Assembly (NCBI GenBank): GCA_002423485.1
Contig: DIWH01000081.1
Coordinates: 11,612 to 75,611, forward strand
Direction: 5' to 3'
Source of the DNA: Candidatus Xenobium occultum
Lineage (GTDB): Bacteria > Vulcanimicrobiota > Xenobia > Xenobiales > Xenobiaceae
Length of the DNA stretch: 64,000 nt
Shown here one piece after another: positions 46,236 through 56,057 of the stretch. Both the position numbers and the translations under genes were made by a program. Under the pieces are notes generated by a model. The model made no database searches. It saw nothing but the letters and a program-made list of their open reading frames with translations, and was not told where the DNA came from. Each line of letters starts with the position of its first letter. Position 1 is the stretch's first letter.

Positions 46236-47059
46236 ACCCATCCCCATCCTCAATCGTCGCCCAGGCTGTCGCCGCGGTCCGCCGGGAGACGGACCTGGTC
46301 CCTGAGATCGCCCTGGTTCTGGGCTCTGGCCTGGGAGGCCTGGCTGACGAGGTCGAAGACCCCGTGGTCATCCCCTTCTCGAAGATTCCTGGCTTTGCCA
46401 CTTCCACGGTACACGGTCACGTGGGCGCCCTGGTCCTGGGCCACCTGGAGGGGCGACCTGTCGGCGTCCTGAAGGGGCGGGTCCACTACTACGAAGGTCA
46501 CAGCATGGCGCAGATCGTGCTGCCCGTGCGGGTGCTGCGGGCCCTGGGGGCGGGGACCCTGCTGGTGACCAATGCCTGTGGAGGCATCAGCGAAGACCTG
46601 AAGGTGGGCGACCTGATGCTGATTCGGGACCATCTCAACCTCATGGGAGACAATCCCTTGCGGGGGCCCAATGACGACAGTCTGGGGCCCAGGTTCCCGG
46701 CCATGTCGCGAGCCTACGATGCCGACCTTCTGGCACTGGCCCGGAAGGTGGCCGCAAAGGTTGGTTTTGAACCGGCCGAAGGGGTCTATTGTGCCCTGGC
46801 CGGCCCTTCCTACGAGACGCCAGCCGAAATCCGCATGCTCAGCCGATTGGGAGCCGACGCCGTGGGCATGTCCACGGCTCCGGAGACGATCGCGGCCGTG
46901 CACGCCGGGATGCGGGTTCTGGGGATCTCGTGTGTGACCAACATACTTCACCAGGGACCTTCCCAGGACACCCATGAGGATGTCCTGCGGGCGGCAGCCG
47001 AGGCCCGACCCCGCTTCGTCTCCCTGGTTCGCGGGGTCGTCAGGGAGGTTTCCGGATGA
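46232..47059 (+). CDS. punA: Purine nucleoside phosphorylase (PNP/MTAP family, PunA-type)
   Basis: LVLGSGLGGLAD, HYYEGH, TNACGGI motifs. TTG start overlapping nrdR stop. Confidence 0.85.
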   Translation: MNPSPSSIVAQAVAAVRRETDLVPEIALVLGSGLGGLADEVEDPVVIPFSKIPGFATSTVHGHVGALVLGHLEGRPVGVLKGRVHYYEGHSMAQIVLPVRVLRALGAGTLLVTNACGGISEDLKVGDLMLIRDHLNLMGDNPLRGPNDDSLGPRFPAMSRAYDADLLALARKVAAKVGFEPAEGVYCALAGPSYETPAEIRMLSRLGADAVGMSTAPETIAAVHAGMRVLGISCVTNILHQGPSQDTHEDVLRAAAEARPRFVSLVRGVVREVSG

Positions 47060-48366
47060 ATCCATATCAGTTGATTCTCAAGAAGCGCAACGGAGCAGAA
47101 CACACACCCGAGGAGATCCGCGAGCTGATCCTGGGCTTCGCCAACGACCAGGGCATCGAGACCTATCAGATGGCCGCCTGGCTGATGGCCGTCTGGTTCA
47201 AGGGCATGACGGTGCCGGAACTTTCGGCCCTCACCCAGGCCATGGTGGACTCGGGCGACCAGATCGATCTGTCCAGCCTGCCCGGGGTGAAGGTGGACAA
47301 GCACTCCACGGGCGGTGTGGGAGATACCACGACCCTGATCCTGGCACCCCTGGCCGCCGCCGCCGGAGCCACCGTGGCCAAGATGTCTGGCCGAGGACTG
47401 GGACATACCGGGGGGACCCTGGACAAGTTGGAGTCGGTCCCCGGTCTGCGCACCGATTTGACCTCCCAGCAGTTCCTGGATCAGGTCCGCCGGATTGGGG
47501 TGGCCGTCATCAGCCAGACGGGGAATCTGGTTCCCGCCGACGGGAAGATGTACTCCCTTCGGGATGTCACCGCCACGGTCGATTCCATCCCCCTGATCGC
47601 CTCCTCGGTCATGAGCAAGAAGATCGCCTGCGGAGCCGAGGTGATCCTCCTGGACGTGAAGTATGGCCGCGGGGCCTTCATGGAGAACCTGCCGGATGCC
47701 CGCGAGCTGGCCCGGCGCATGGTGGACCTGGGAAAGGCCCTGGGTCGAAGGGTTCGGGCCGTGATCTCCGACATGGACCAGCCCTTGGGGACCATGATCG
47801 GCAACGCCCTGGAGGTCCAGGAAGCCATCGAGATCCTGCGCAACGAGCGCCCCGGTTCGGCCCTGGAGGTCGTCTCGGTGGAACTGGCCGCGCACCTGCT
47901 GGAGATGGCTGGGGTTTCGGAGAACCTGGAACGGGCCCGCATCCGAGTCCGCGAGTTGATTCAGAACGGCGAGGGCCTGCGCAAGCTGGGCGAGATGTTC
48001 CAGGCCCAGGGGGGTGACCCGCGGGTGGTCGAAGACACCTCGCTTCTGCCCCAGGCTCCGATCATCGAGCCTGTTCCTGCGCCCTCGTCGGGTTTCGTGA
48101 CGGGGATTCACGCCCAGCAGATCGGTTTTGCGGGCACGGCCTTGGGCGCCGGGCGCAAGCGCAAAGGAGATCCCATCGATCCGGCGGTCGGGATCATCAT
48201 GGAACACCGGGTGGGCGATGCGGTGGAGGCCGGTCAGCCCCTGGCCGTGGTCCACGCCCGGGATCGCCAGACCCTTGCCGAGGCTCGGCAGATCCTGTTG
48301 GATTCCATCGCCATCGGGCCGGATCGGCCGGCACCGCGCAAGCTGATCGAGGAGATCGTCGAGTAG
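47056..48366 (+). CDS. deoA: Pyrimidine-nucleoside (thymidine) phosphorylase
   Basis: KHSTGGVGDTTTL, SGRGLGHTGGTLDKLES motifs. ATGA overlap with punA. Confidence 0.9.
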   Translation: MNPYQLILKKRNGAEHTPEEIRELILGFANDQGIETYQMAAWLMAVWFKGMTVPELSALTQAMVDSGDQIDLSSLPGVKVDKHSTGGVGDTTTLILAPLAAAAGATVAKMSGRGLGHTGGTLDKLESVPGLRTDLTSQQFLDQVRRIGVAVISQTGNLVPADGKMYSLRDVTATVDSIPLIASSVMSKKIACGAEVILLDVKYGRGAFMENLPDARELARRMVDLGKALGRRVRAVISDMDQPLGTMIGNALEVQEAIEILRNERPGSALEVVSVELAAHLLEMAGVSENLERARIRVRELIQNGEGLRKLGEMFQAQGGDPRVVEDTSLLPQAPIIEPVPAPSSGFVTGIHAQQIGFAGTALGAGRKRKGDPIDPAVGIIMEHRVGDAVEAGQPLAVVHARDRQTLAEARQILLDSIAIGPDRPAPRKLIEEIVE

Positions 48367-48379
48367 TCGCTTCTCGGTG

Positions 48380-48418
48380 CCTGCAGGACCCGACCCCCCT
48401 CGGGTCGGGTCCTGCAGG
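48380..48418 (+). terminator. Intrinsic terminator-like hairpin after deoA
   Basis: 17-bp perfect stem cctgcaggacccgaccc / gggtcgggtcctgcagg with loop ccct. Confidence 0.55.
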
Positions 48419-48878
48419 ATTCCCCGAAAGTCTGTGCGAAATCACTTGCGTTCGCGTTCCCGGAGCGGCGTTCCCTCAAAATCCATCCCGAGTGGCCCAT
48501 GGCAGGCCCTCGCGTGTGGAGTCTGGGGGCGCCCCGGATGGACGCTGGCGGCTTGTGCGAGGAGCGGAAGCGCTCGTCAAGCAGGTGCCCCGGACGGCCC
48601 GGGTCGGCCGTCTCCCCGCGTGGAGACGTGGCCCGCCCGATAGACCCGGCCTCTCCTGGGGAGGGGCGCCGGGTCGGCAGGTCCGGGACTCGGTCCCCTT
48701 GACCGGGGACAGGCCGTAGACACGCAGCGGCAGGTGGGTCCTTCTCGACAGGTGCCCTGCAGGCTGCGCGCGGCCGACCTTGGATTTTTTGGAACCGGCC
48801 GACTTCGAGCCTGCCTGCTCCAGGGCTGTTTCGGCCTTGGACCCTCGGACCTCCGGTTCCTGGAGGATTTTTCGACCC

Positions 48879-50999
48879 ATGCCGATCCGATGCGCGCGGG
48901 GGACGAAGGATGTCCTGCCCGCCGAGATTTCTACATGGCATTTCCTGGAAGACCTGGCCCGAGATCTGGCCGAAGACTATGGCTACCGCGAGATCCGCAC
49001 TCCGATGTTCGAGTATGCTGAGATCTTCCTCAAGGGGATGGGAGCCACGGCCGGACTGGTGGAGCGCGAGTTGTGGACCTTCCACGACAAGCATGGTCGC
49101 AAGTTGGCCCTCCGGGCCGACATGACGGCCCCCACCATGCGGGCCTGTCAGGACCATGCCCTGGTTCAACCTGAGCTCGGACCGACCCGTCTGTACTACC
49201 TGGGGTCGGTCTTCATGCACGGCCGGGAACGCGAGGTGGAGAGCCGTCAACTTCACCAGTTCGGGATGGAGGCCCTGGGCACCCGGGACCCTGCCCTGGA
49301 TGCCGAGGTCCTGGTGATGGTCTCGGACCTGTGCACGGCGTTGGGCCTTCCCCAGGTCGAGGTTCAGTTGAACACCCTGGGCTGCAAGAAATGCCGGCCG
49401 GCCTACCACCAGGTCCTGAAGGACTACTTCGGGGGGCGCCAGGACGAGCTGTGCAAGACCTGCAGGCGACGTTACCGTACCCACCCGACCTGGACTCTGG
49501 CCTGCCAGGCTGAGCCCTGTCTGGAACTCTCGCGGGTGGCTCCCTCGATCTACGGGACCCTGTGCCCGGACTGTCGCGAACATTTCTCGGCTTTGAAGAC
49601 CTACCTCAAAGAGCTCAAGGTCGACTATCAGTTGAATCCCCTGGTGGTTCGTGACCTGGAGTATTACGATCGGACCATCTTCCAGGTGACCTGCGCCGGA
49701 CGCCCGGTGGCCTTCGGGGGGCGCTATGACGAGCTCTCGACGGTGTTGGGAGGCCCACCCACTCCGGCGGTCGGCTGCTCGGTGGACCTCGAGCCGCTCC
49801 TGGAGGCGATGCGCGAGGCCGGCCTGGAGGCTCCCGGGCCCGAGCCACCCCGGGTTTGCCTGGCAGGCAACGGGCAGGAGGCGGTGGCCTTGCTTCTGCC
49901 GATCGTCTATGCCTTGCGTCGGGCGGGGGTCGGGGCCGACCTGGTCTACCCCTCCAAGCCTGAGGAGACCGCCGTTCAGGCCGCGGACCGGGCCACCTCG
50001 CCCTGGTTGGTCCTGCTGGAGGAGGAGGACGTGCGTCGTCGCGTCGTGACCCTGGTGGAGGTCGACAAACAGCGTCGGCAGCAGGTGCGCCTGGAAGAAG
50101 CCGTCTCGCGAATCGGTCGGGAACTGGGCCTGGAGGGACTCAAGGACGAGCTGCGTCCCGTCGAGGTCCGCCGGCTCTCCATCGGCCGGCGCCGTCGACC
50201 CGTGCGCAGTCGGGCCATGTACGGAGCGGATATCCCCCGGCTTTCGCGGACGTCGTCCTCTCGAGCCGAATCGGCCGAGGAGGCCGAACGCACCCGCCGC
50301 CGTCGTCGCCGCCGCTCGGGGAAGGGCGAAGAGGCCGAGACGCCCAGGCAGGGTTCCGCCGAAGAGCCGACCCGGCGCAACCGCAAACGCCGCCGTTCGC
50401 GGCGCGCCACCGAGACCACCCCGGCTGAAGTGGAGTCGGCTGCCGGGAGCCTGGATGCGGCCGCCCCGCAGGAGGGCTCCCGCCCAGAGACCTCCGAGAG
50501 GCCCCGTCGCTCTCGAAGGCGTCGCCACGAGTCAGAGGATTCGCTGGAGGCAGCCGCGGTTTCGGATGTGCCCTTGGAGACCTCGGCGGCCGGAGCCTCG
50601 GAGGAGTCCCCCAGACGCTCGGGTCGGGGCCGTCGGCGTCGCTCCGCTCCACCTGCGGGAGACCCGGTGGAGCCCTCCGCAGCGGAGAGCGCGGCCGAGG
50701 AAGTCTCCGGGACGGGTTCGGACGAGGAGTCCACGGGGACCCGTCGCCGTCGGGGCAGCCGTCGGCGCTCACGCCGGGGTGGTTCCCGGGGATCGGGAGC
50801 CGCCGAGGAGGCCCCTCGGAGTTCGGATTCGGAGGCTGGCTCCCAGAGGGAGGGGCCAGCGCCTGCACCCAACGGAGAGCGACCCTCCCCGGCGGCGGGA
50901 GATGCTCCTGAAGTCAAGCCCGCCAGGTCCCGGCGTCGCCGGGCTCCCAGAACCAAGGCGCAGGGTGGGGAATCGACCCCGTCCGGGGAGGATTCGTGA
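48879..50999 (+). CDS. hisS: Histidine--tRNA ligase with roughly 275-aa Arg/Ser/Glu-rich low-complexity C-terminal extension
   Basis: HisRS class II motifs (ARGTKD, ALRADMTAPTMRA, GGRYDEL) and anticodon-binding domain ending near aa 430. The same frame continues 275 aa (RRRRRRRSGKGEE...). Its stop overlaps the accB GTG (GTGA). Confidence 0.75.
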   Translation: MPIRCARGTKDVLPAEISTWHFLEDLARDLAEDYGYREIRTPMFEYAEIFLKGMGATAGLVERELWTFHDKHGRKLALRADMTAPTMRACQDHALVQPELGPTRLYYLGSVFMHGREREVESRQLHQFGMEALGTRDPALDAEVLVMVSDLCTALGLPQVEVQLNTLGCKKCRPAYHQVLKDYFGGRQDELCKTCRRRYRTHPTWTLACQAEPCLELSRVAPSIYGTLCPDCREHFSALKTYLKELKVDYQLNPLVVRDLEYYDRTIFQVTCAGRPVAFGGRYDELSTVLGGPPTPAVGCSVDLEPLLEAMREAGLEAPGPEPPRVCLAGNGQEAVALLLPIVYALRRAGVGADLVYPSKPEETAVQAADRATSPWLVLLEEEDVRRRVVTLVEVDKQRRQQVRLEEAVSRIGRELGLEGLKDELRPVEVRRLSIGRRRRPVRSRAMYGADIPRLSRTSSSRAESAEEAERTRRRRRRRSGKGEEAETPRQGSAEEPTRRNRKRRRSRRATETTPAEVESAAGSLDAAAPQEGSRPETSERPRRSRRRRHESEDSLEAAAVSDVPLETSAAGASEESPRRSGRGRRRRSAPPAGDPVEPSAAESAAEEVSGTGSDEESTGTRRRRGSRRRSRRGGSRGSGAAEEAPRSSDSEAGSQREGPAPAPNGERPSPAAGDAPEVKPARSRRRRAPRTKAQGGESTPSGEDS

Positions 51000-51424
51000 A
51001 GGACAAGTTGGAGATGGTGCGCTCTCTGGCCCGGGTGCTGCGGGAAGAGGGCCTGACCGAGCTGGAGTATGAGAACGAGGATCTGAAGGTGCGCCTGTCG
51101 GCAGAGCGGGAGGCCTCGACGGCAGCCCCACTGCCCATGGCCACGGTCCGGCCCGTTTCGCCCGCGGCCGAAGCCGAAGCTCCCGGCACCTCCATCCCCT
51201 CGCTTCTGGCCGGGGTCTTCTACCGGGCTCCCTCACCGGGGGCGGCTCCCTTCGTCCAGGAGGGGGACACCGTGGCTTGCGGGCAGACGGTCTGCATCGT
51301 CGAAGCCATGAAACAGATGAACGAGATCAAGGCCGAGGATGCCTGTCGGATCCTGAAGGTTCTGGTTGACGACTCCCAGGTGGTGCAGGCCGGCCAGCCT
51401 CTCTTCCGGATCGAGGCGCTCTGA
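50996..51424 (+). CDS. accB: Biotin carboxyl carrier protein (BCCP, AccB-like); no accC downstream
   Basis: Biotinyl-lysine motif CIVEAMKQMNEIKAE, Pro/Ala-rich linker. Confidence 0.8.
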   Translation: MKDKLEMVRSLARVLREEGLTELEYENEDLKVRLSAEREASTAAPLPMATVRPVSPAAEAEAPGTSIPSLLAGVFYRAPSPGAAPFVQEGDTVACGQTVCIVEAMKQMNEIKAEDACRILKVLVDDSQVVQAGQPLFRIEAL

Positions 51425-51451
51425 GCGTTGTCCTGCGGGCTGCGGGGCCGG

Positions 51452-52666
51452 TCAGGGGCGCTCGACCACCATCGAGAAGCCCGGGTCGTAGGGAAGCCGG
51501 GTGTTTGTGACCAGCCGGAAGCCCGCCTCGGAAAGGACCCGGAGGATCTTCTCCTGGTCGGTGTCGGCCCGGAATCCTTCATGGATGGCCAGGCGACCTT
51601 TCGGGTTCAGTGAGTGCACCAGGTTGGGCAGCATCTTCTGGCGGAACCAGCCGAGGGTGCGGTTGCACACCAGGTGGACATCTTGCATGACCATCACGTC
51701 GATCTCGGGGACTCCGGGATTGTCGGGCGCGAGGGCCATCCGGAATTCCAGGCGGGGGGCCAGCGCCCGGAATTCCGGGCGCGTCCTGGTGTACTCGACG
51801 AAATCCCCCAGGCTGGAGTCGATTTCCACCACGTAGACCTTGCCGGTGGGGCCGACCCTCCGGGCGGCCTGCCAGGCCAGAAGGCCCAGCCCCCCTCCCA
51901 CTTCCACGACCCTCTTGCCTTCCAGGTTGCCCAGGCGATCCAGCAGCGCTTCGTTGGGCGGAACGTTCTTCGCCGAGAATCGAGTGCCCAGACCTCCGCC
52001 GAGCTGGGGGAAGATTTCCCGTCTGGCCCCGAGTTCTTGGCGCTGGCGGATGAACTCCGCGGCGGATTGCCGGGGATTGGCGAAGATGAAGTCGTAGCAG
52101 ACCGTCTCGTAGGGGTCCAGGTCCTTCTTGCGATGCTCGCCCTCACCCAGTTCCTCGGTCAGGTAGGTCAGGTAGAGAACGCTCTGGAAGCGGATGCCCC
52201 TGCCGCTCCCGGGATGGGGAATTCCGGGATTGGGGATCTTCAGAAGATCTCGCGCCTCCTCCATGCGGCCCCGCAGGGCCGCCCGGTCTTCCGGTCGGGA
52301 TTTCAGGTATTCCAGGAGGATGTTCTCGGCGGCCGTTTCCGAGGGCAGCGAACCCAGGGCAAAATTCTCGGTGGACGGACCGGGGGGCGAGGTGGACATG
52401 GCCGAGGCTCCCTGAGCGAACGGGCCGGGAGGTTCCGCTGGCGAAGGAGAGGGCGCCAGGGCCTGCAGGGTCTGGTGGATGGCCACCCCAAGCAGGAGCG
52501 CCAGCATGAGGCCCCGCCAGACATTGTTGAGGCTGGACGCCCTCGGAGACCTGGACGCACGTCCTGGCTGCCGGTGGGAGCCGGAATTCGGGCTGGTCGC
52601 CCCGGGTTCCGTCCCGAGGGAGACCGGGGAGGGCCCCTGGGAACAGGAATCCGGGTCAGCTTTCAT
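51452..52666 (-). CDS. Class I SAM-dependent methyltransferase with roughly 220-aa N-terminal extension and signal/TM segment
   Basis: VVEVGGGLGLLA (GxGxG SAM motif) in the C-domain. N-terminal LMLALLLGVAIHQTLQALA hydrophobic segment. Start ATG 52666; the 718-aa ORF is over-extended. Confidence 0.7.
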   Translation of the reverse strand: MKADPDSCSQGPSPVSLGTEPGATSPNSGSHRQPGRASRSPRASSLNNVWRGLMLALLLGVAIHQTLQALAPSPSPAEPPGPFAQGASAMSTSPPGPSTENFALGSLPSETAAENILLEYLKSRPEDRAALRGRMEEARDLLKIPNPGIPHPGSGRGIRFQSVLYLTYLTEELGEGEHRKKDLDPYETVCYDFIFANPRQSAAEFIRQRQELGARREIFPQLGGGLGTRFSAKNVPPNEALLDRLGNLEGKRVVEVGGGLGLLAWQAARRVGPTGKVYVVEIDSSLGDFVEYTRTRPEFRALAPRLEFRMALAPDNPGVPEIDVMVMQDVHLVCNRTLGWFRQKMLPNLVHSLNPKGRLAIHEGFRADTDQEKILRVLSEAGFRLVTNTRLPYDPGFSMVVERP

Positions 52667-52707
52667 CGCAGTCCCCTTCCTTTTCATTGCCTTCTGGTCT
52701 GGAAGCC

Positions 52708-54876
52708 TCAGGTTCGCCTTCCGTCCAACATCAGATCCAGGTCGCGCGGTCGGGGGACGGCCGGCTCGCGGGCGTCCCAGTTGATCCACAGGTAGAGGGT
52801 GGCCGGCAGTGTCAGGGTGGTGAAATAGCGAAGGCGCGAGGTGGGCTGAAGTCCGCGGCCCTCGCTCCAGTGCCATCCTCCGAAGGGTCGCATCTGGCCG
52901 CGGGCATGGTTGTAGCGGAAGCGGGTGGGGAAGATCGGGTTGATCCGGGCGTGGAGGCGTTTGCCCCGGACCAGGCATCCCATGTCTCCCCGCATCAGGA
53001 TGTCCATGTGGGGAGCCAGCAGGAGGTTCGTCTCCACCATGGCCTCGCCCTGGCCCTCGAAGCGATCCCGCACGATGACGGTCTTGGCGTTGGGCCGGAA
53101 GAGGACGTCGCGGTGCAGAGGCCAGGCCTGGTCGGGCCCTGACCAGATGGCTCGGGTGGCGGAGAACAAGACTCCGCCTTCGCGCTCCTGCATGCGCACT
53201 TCCCGACAGGCCGGGTGCCCCTCGGGGAGTGCTCGGCAGACCAGCGGCTCGGGCTCGCCCTGAAGGCGCGGGGCAGAGTGGTAGCCGACGCGTGACAACA
53301 AGTGGCTTGCAGGGCTCTGGAGAGGGGGAAGCCCGGGCTCGATCAGGAAGGGCTCGCCATCCAGGACCAGGCAAAGGCTCAGCGCGTCGTCGTGGTGGGA
53401 AGGGTTCTCGCGTTCGGGGGGTGGCAGCACCCGGCCGTCGTGGAAGCCACCTGGGGCGGGGGCCCCCCGCAGCAGACACCAGGATGCCTTGCCCTCCCAG
53501 TGGTCGCGAGCGCAGGTCAGCCCCACCTCGCTGAAGAGCCTGCGATTGGTCCCCGGATCCTGGTTGTGCAGGCCGTTGTACTGCTCGGCGGCCCCTGGAC
53601 CGCACCACCAGTACAGTTCACCCGGCATCTCCCGATTCGGTGCCCGGAACTCTCCGCGGCGCAGGGTCAGGGCGCCGAGGGCCAGCAGTCGGCGGCCGTG
53701 CTCGGAAGACCCACAGTTCCATCCCAGGAATCCCGGCGAGGCGCTCTGGCCCAGGTCGGGCACCAGACCGGCCGGGGGGCGCAGGTGGTTGAGGGCGTCC
53801 AGGGAGGCGGTGGCAGCCTCGGTCAGTCCCGCCGGCGGAGCCGTGCGGTTCAGGAAGTGCAGGGTCAGCGGCAGGAGCAGCCACTCGGCGGCCAGGCGGT
53901 GTCGGGCCACCGAGCCGGACCGGTGCAGTCCGTCGCGTCCCAGTTCCCAGGCGGCCGATCGGGCCAGGGCGGATCCGGCCAGGTCCAGCCAGCGACGCGA
54001 CAGCAGCATCTCGGGCATGCTCAAAGCCAGGATGTACAGACCCGAGGCGGCGGCCAGGGGGGCTTGCTCCGAGTTCCGGACGAACCAGGCCAGGACGGCC
54101 CCGTGCAGGACCAGGCAGGACACGATGCGTGCCAGCAGGTCGGGGGTCAACTGCTCGGAACCCAGGAACATGTGCAGGGCCAGAAGCCAGTTGGTGCAGC
54201 GAGCGGCCACGGTCTCGGGGTCCAGCCAGTTGACGCCCTCCAGGGGGCGGTTGCGTTCGCTCCAGTCCACGACCTGGACGATGAACTCGCTGGCGAAACG
54301 CTCGTATCCGGTCAGCCAGTAGGCCCTTCCCATCTGGACGAAGTGCGAGTGGCGATTGAACTCCCAGGTCACCGCGATGGGGCCCATCTCCACCGTGGGC
54401 ATCGGCTGGCGGCCGGCAAACTGCTCGCGCAGGTCCAGCAGGTGGGCGCGCCCCCAACTGTGATCCCGGAAGTCCGAGAACCAGTCGATGGTGCCGCCAA
54501 AGGACTGCGGCTCCACCCCCAGGGGAGAGAAGCGGTGGGCCAGCAGGTCTTCGGTCCCCTGCAGGATGGCCCGGCAGTCGGTGGGATGCTGTTCGAGCCG
54601 GGGGCGAAGCAGATGGGGCTCGGAGTAGTGCAGGAAGAAGATCGGCCGGATCCGGTCGTGGAAATGCTCCAGGAACGCTTCCGCGGCCAGATCCAGCCGG
54701 CCTCGTCGGGCCTGCCCCCGGGCCTCGTCGGTGCCCGGGGTGCCGGCGAACTGGGCATAGAGATCCTCACCCTCCAGACGAAGCGAGGCTCGCTCCTCCA
54801 GACAGCGGGCCAACCGCTGCTCGAGGTCGAGGGGATTGGGACGCCTGCCCAGGCGCCGGCGCAGCCACCCGAACAT
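52708..54876 (-). CDS. Heparinase II/III-like (alginate-lyase fold) protein
   Basis: Size and N-terminal alpha/alpha-toroid then C-terminal beta-sandwich pattern of the Hepar_II_III family. Call is by overall similarity, not a single motif. Confidence 0.55.
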   Translation of the reverse strand: MFGWLRRRLGRRPNPLDLEQRLARCLEERASLRLEGEDLYAQFAGTPGTDEARGQARRGRLDLAAEAFLEHFHDRIRPIFFLHYSEPHLLRPRLEQHPTDCRAILQGTEDLLAHRFSPLGVEPQSFGGTIDWFSDFRDHSWGRAHLLDLREQFAGRQPMPTVEMGPIAVTWEFNRHSHFVQMGRAYWLTGYERFASEFIVQVVDWSERNRPLEGVNWLDPETVAARCTNWLLALHMFLGSEQLTPDLLARIVSCLVLHGAVLAWFVRNSEQAPLAAASGLYILALSMPEMLLSRRWLDLAGSALARSAAWELGRDGLHRSGSVARHRLAAEWLLLPLTLHFLNRTAPPAGLTEAATASLDALNHLRPPAGLVPDLGQSASPGFLGWNCGSSEHGRRLLALGALTLRRGEFRAPNREMPGELYWWCGPGAAEQYNGLHNQDPGTNRRLFSEVGLTCARDHWEGKASWCLLRGAPAPGGFHDGRVLPPPERENPSHHDDALSLCLVLDGEPFLIEPGLPPLQSPASHLLSRVGYHSAPRLQGEPEPLVCRALPEGHPACREVRMQEREGGVLFSATRAIWSGPDQAWPLHRDVLFRPNAKTVIVRDRFEGQGEAMVETNLLLAPHMDILMRGDMGCLVRGKRLHARINPIFPTRFRYNHARGQMRPFGGWHWSEGRGLQPTSRLRYFTTLTLPATLYLWINWDAREPAVPRPRDLDLMLDGRRT

Positions 54877-54877
54877 G

Positions 54878-55993
54878 CTATCCCACCGGGGCGGGCGCGG
54901 GTGAGAACGCCTTCAGGGCCCCCAGGACGGTCTCGATCTGCTGCTCGGTGAGTTCGGGGAACATCGGCAGCGAGAGGACCTCCGCCTGGGCCTTCTCGCT
55001 GACCGGCAGCGAGCCGGTCGACAGCCCTTGGTGGGAGAAGGCCTTCTGCATGTGCAGGCACACCGGGTAGTAGATCACCGCGCCGACGCCCGAGGCCTGC
55101 ATGTGCTTCTGCAGGGCATCCCGGTCCGGGGCACGCAGGGTGTACTGGTGGTACACGTGTTCGCAGCCTTCCTTCTCGGTGGGCGGCGTGGCGTAGGTTC
55201 CCCGCAGACCGGCCGTGTAGGTCGCGGCAATCTCTCGGCGTCGGAGGTTCCAGGCCTCCAGGTGGCGCAGCTTGACCCGCAGGACGGCGGCCTGGATCTC
55301 GTCCAGTCGGCTGTTGGTTCCCACCATGTCGTGGTAGTAACGGACCTTCGAGCCGTGTCCGCGCAGCATCCGCACCTTTTCAGCCAAATCGGGATTGCTG
55401 GTCAGGACCATCCCGCCGTCGCCGATCCCGCCCAGGTTCTTGCTGGGGAAGAACGAGAAGCAGCCCAGGTCTCCCAGGCTGCCCGCGCGGCGGCCCTTCA
55501 GGGTGGCTCCGGTGGACTGGGCGCAGTCCTCGACCAGGCCCAGGCCGTGGCGCCGGGCGATGGCCTGCAGCTCTTCCATGGGAGCGGGGTGCCCATACAG
55601 GTGGACCGCCACGATGGCTCGGGTGCGGGGCGTGATGGCCGCCTCGACGCTGGCCGGATCAAGAGTGTAGGTCTCGGGATCGATGTCGGCAAAGACCGGA
55701 GTCGCTCCCGTCAGGGCCGCCGCGCCGGCCGTGGCCACGAAGGTGAAGGAGGGGCAGATGACTTCGTCACCTGCTCCCACGCCCAGGGCCCGCAGGGCCA
55801 GGTGCAGGGCGTCGGTCCCGTTGCCGACACCGGTGCCGAACTCGGCCCCGTTCCAGGCTGCGAATTCGGCCTCGAAGGCCTCGACCTCGGGTCCCAGGAT
55901 GTAGTGGGTGGATCGCAGGGCGCGCAGGGCGGCTTCCTCGACCTCGGTCTTGATCTGGGCGTATTGGGTGGACAGTTCCAGGATGGGGATCAT
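54878..55993 (-). CDS. DegT/DnrJ/EryC1/StrS family sugar aminotransferase (WbpE/WlbC-like)
   Basis: PLP-dependent fold with FSFFPSKNLGGIGDGGMV (Lys in SKN). Confidence 0.85.
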   Translation of the reverse strand: MIPILELSTQYAQIKTEVEEAALRALRSTHYILGPEVEAFEAEFAAWNGAEFGTGVGNGTDALHLALRALGVGAGDEVICPSFTFVATAGAAALTGATPVFADIDPETYTLDPASVEAAITPRTRAIVAVHLYGHPAPMEELQAIARRHGLGLVEDCAQSTGATLKGRRAGSLGDLGCFSFFPSKNLGGIGDGGMVLTSNPDLAEKVRMLRGHGSKVRYYHDMVGTNSRLDEIQAAVLRVKLRHLEAWNLRRREIAATYTAGLRGTYATPPTEKEGCEHVYHQYTLRAPDRDALQKHMQASGVGAVIYYPVCLHMQKAFSHQGLSTGSLPVSEKAQAEVLSLPMFPELTEQQIETVLGALKAFSPAPAPVG

Positions 55994-56057
55994 CGTCTTG
56001 GCTACCTTCTATCTGGGCTCCAGAGAGCGGCTGAGCCGCTTCTCGGCCCCCCCGGTT

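Noticed and set aside
48419-48878. T-box leader upstream of hisS
   Set aside because: No AGGGUGGNACCGCG-type T-box sequence found. The region is kept only as a structured, unannotated leader.
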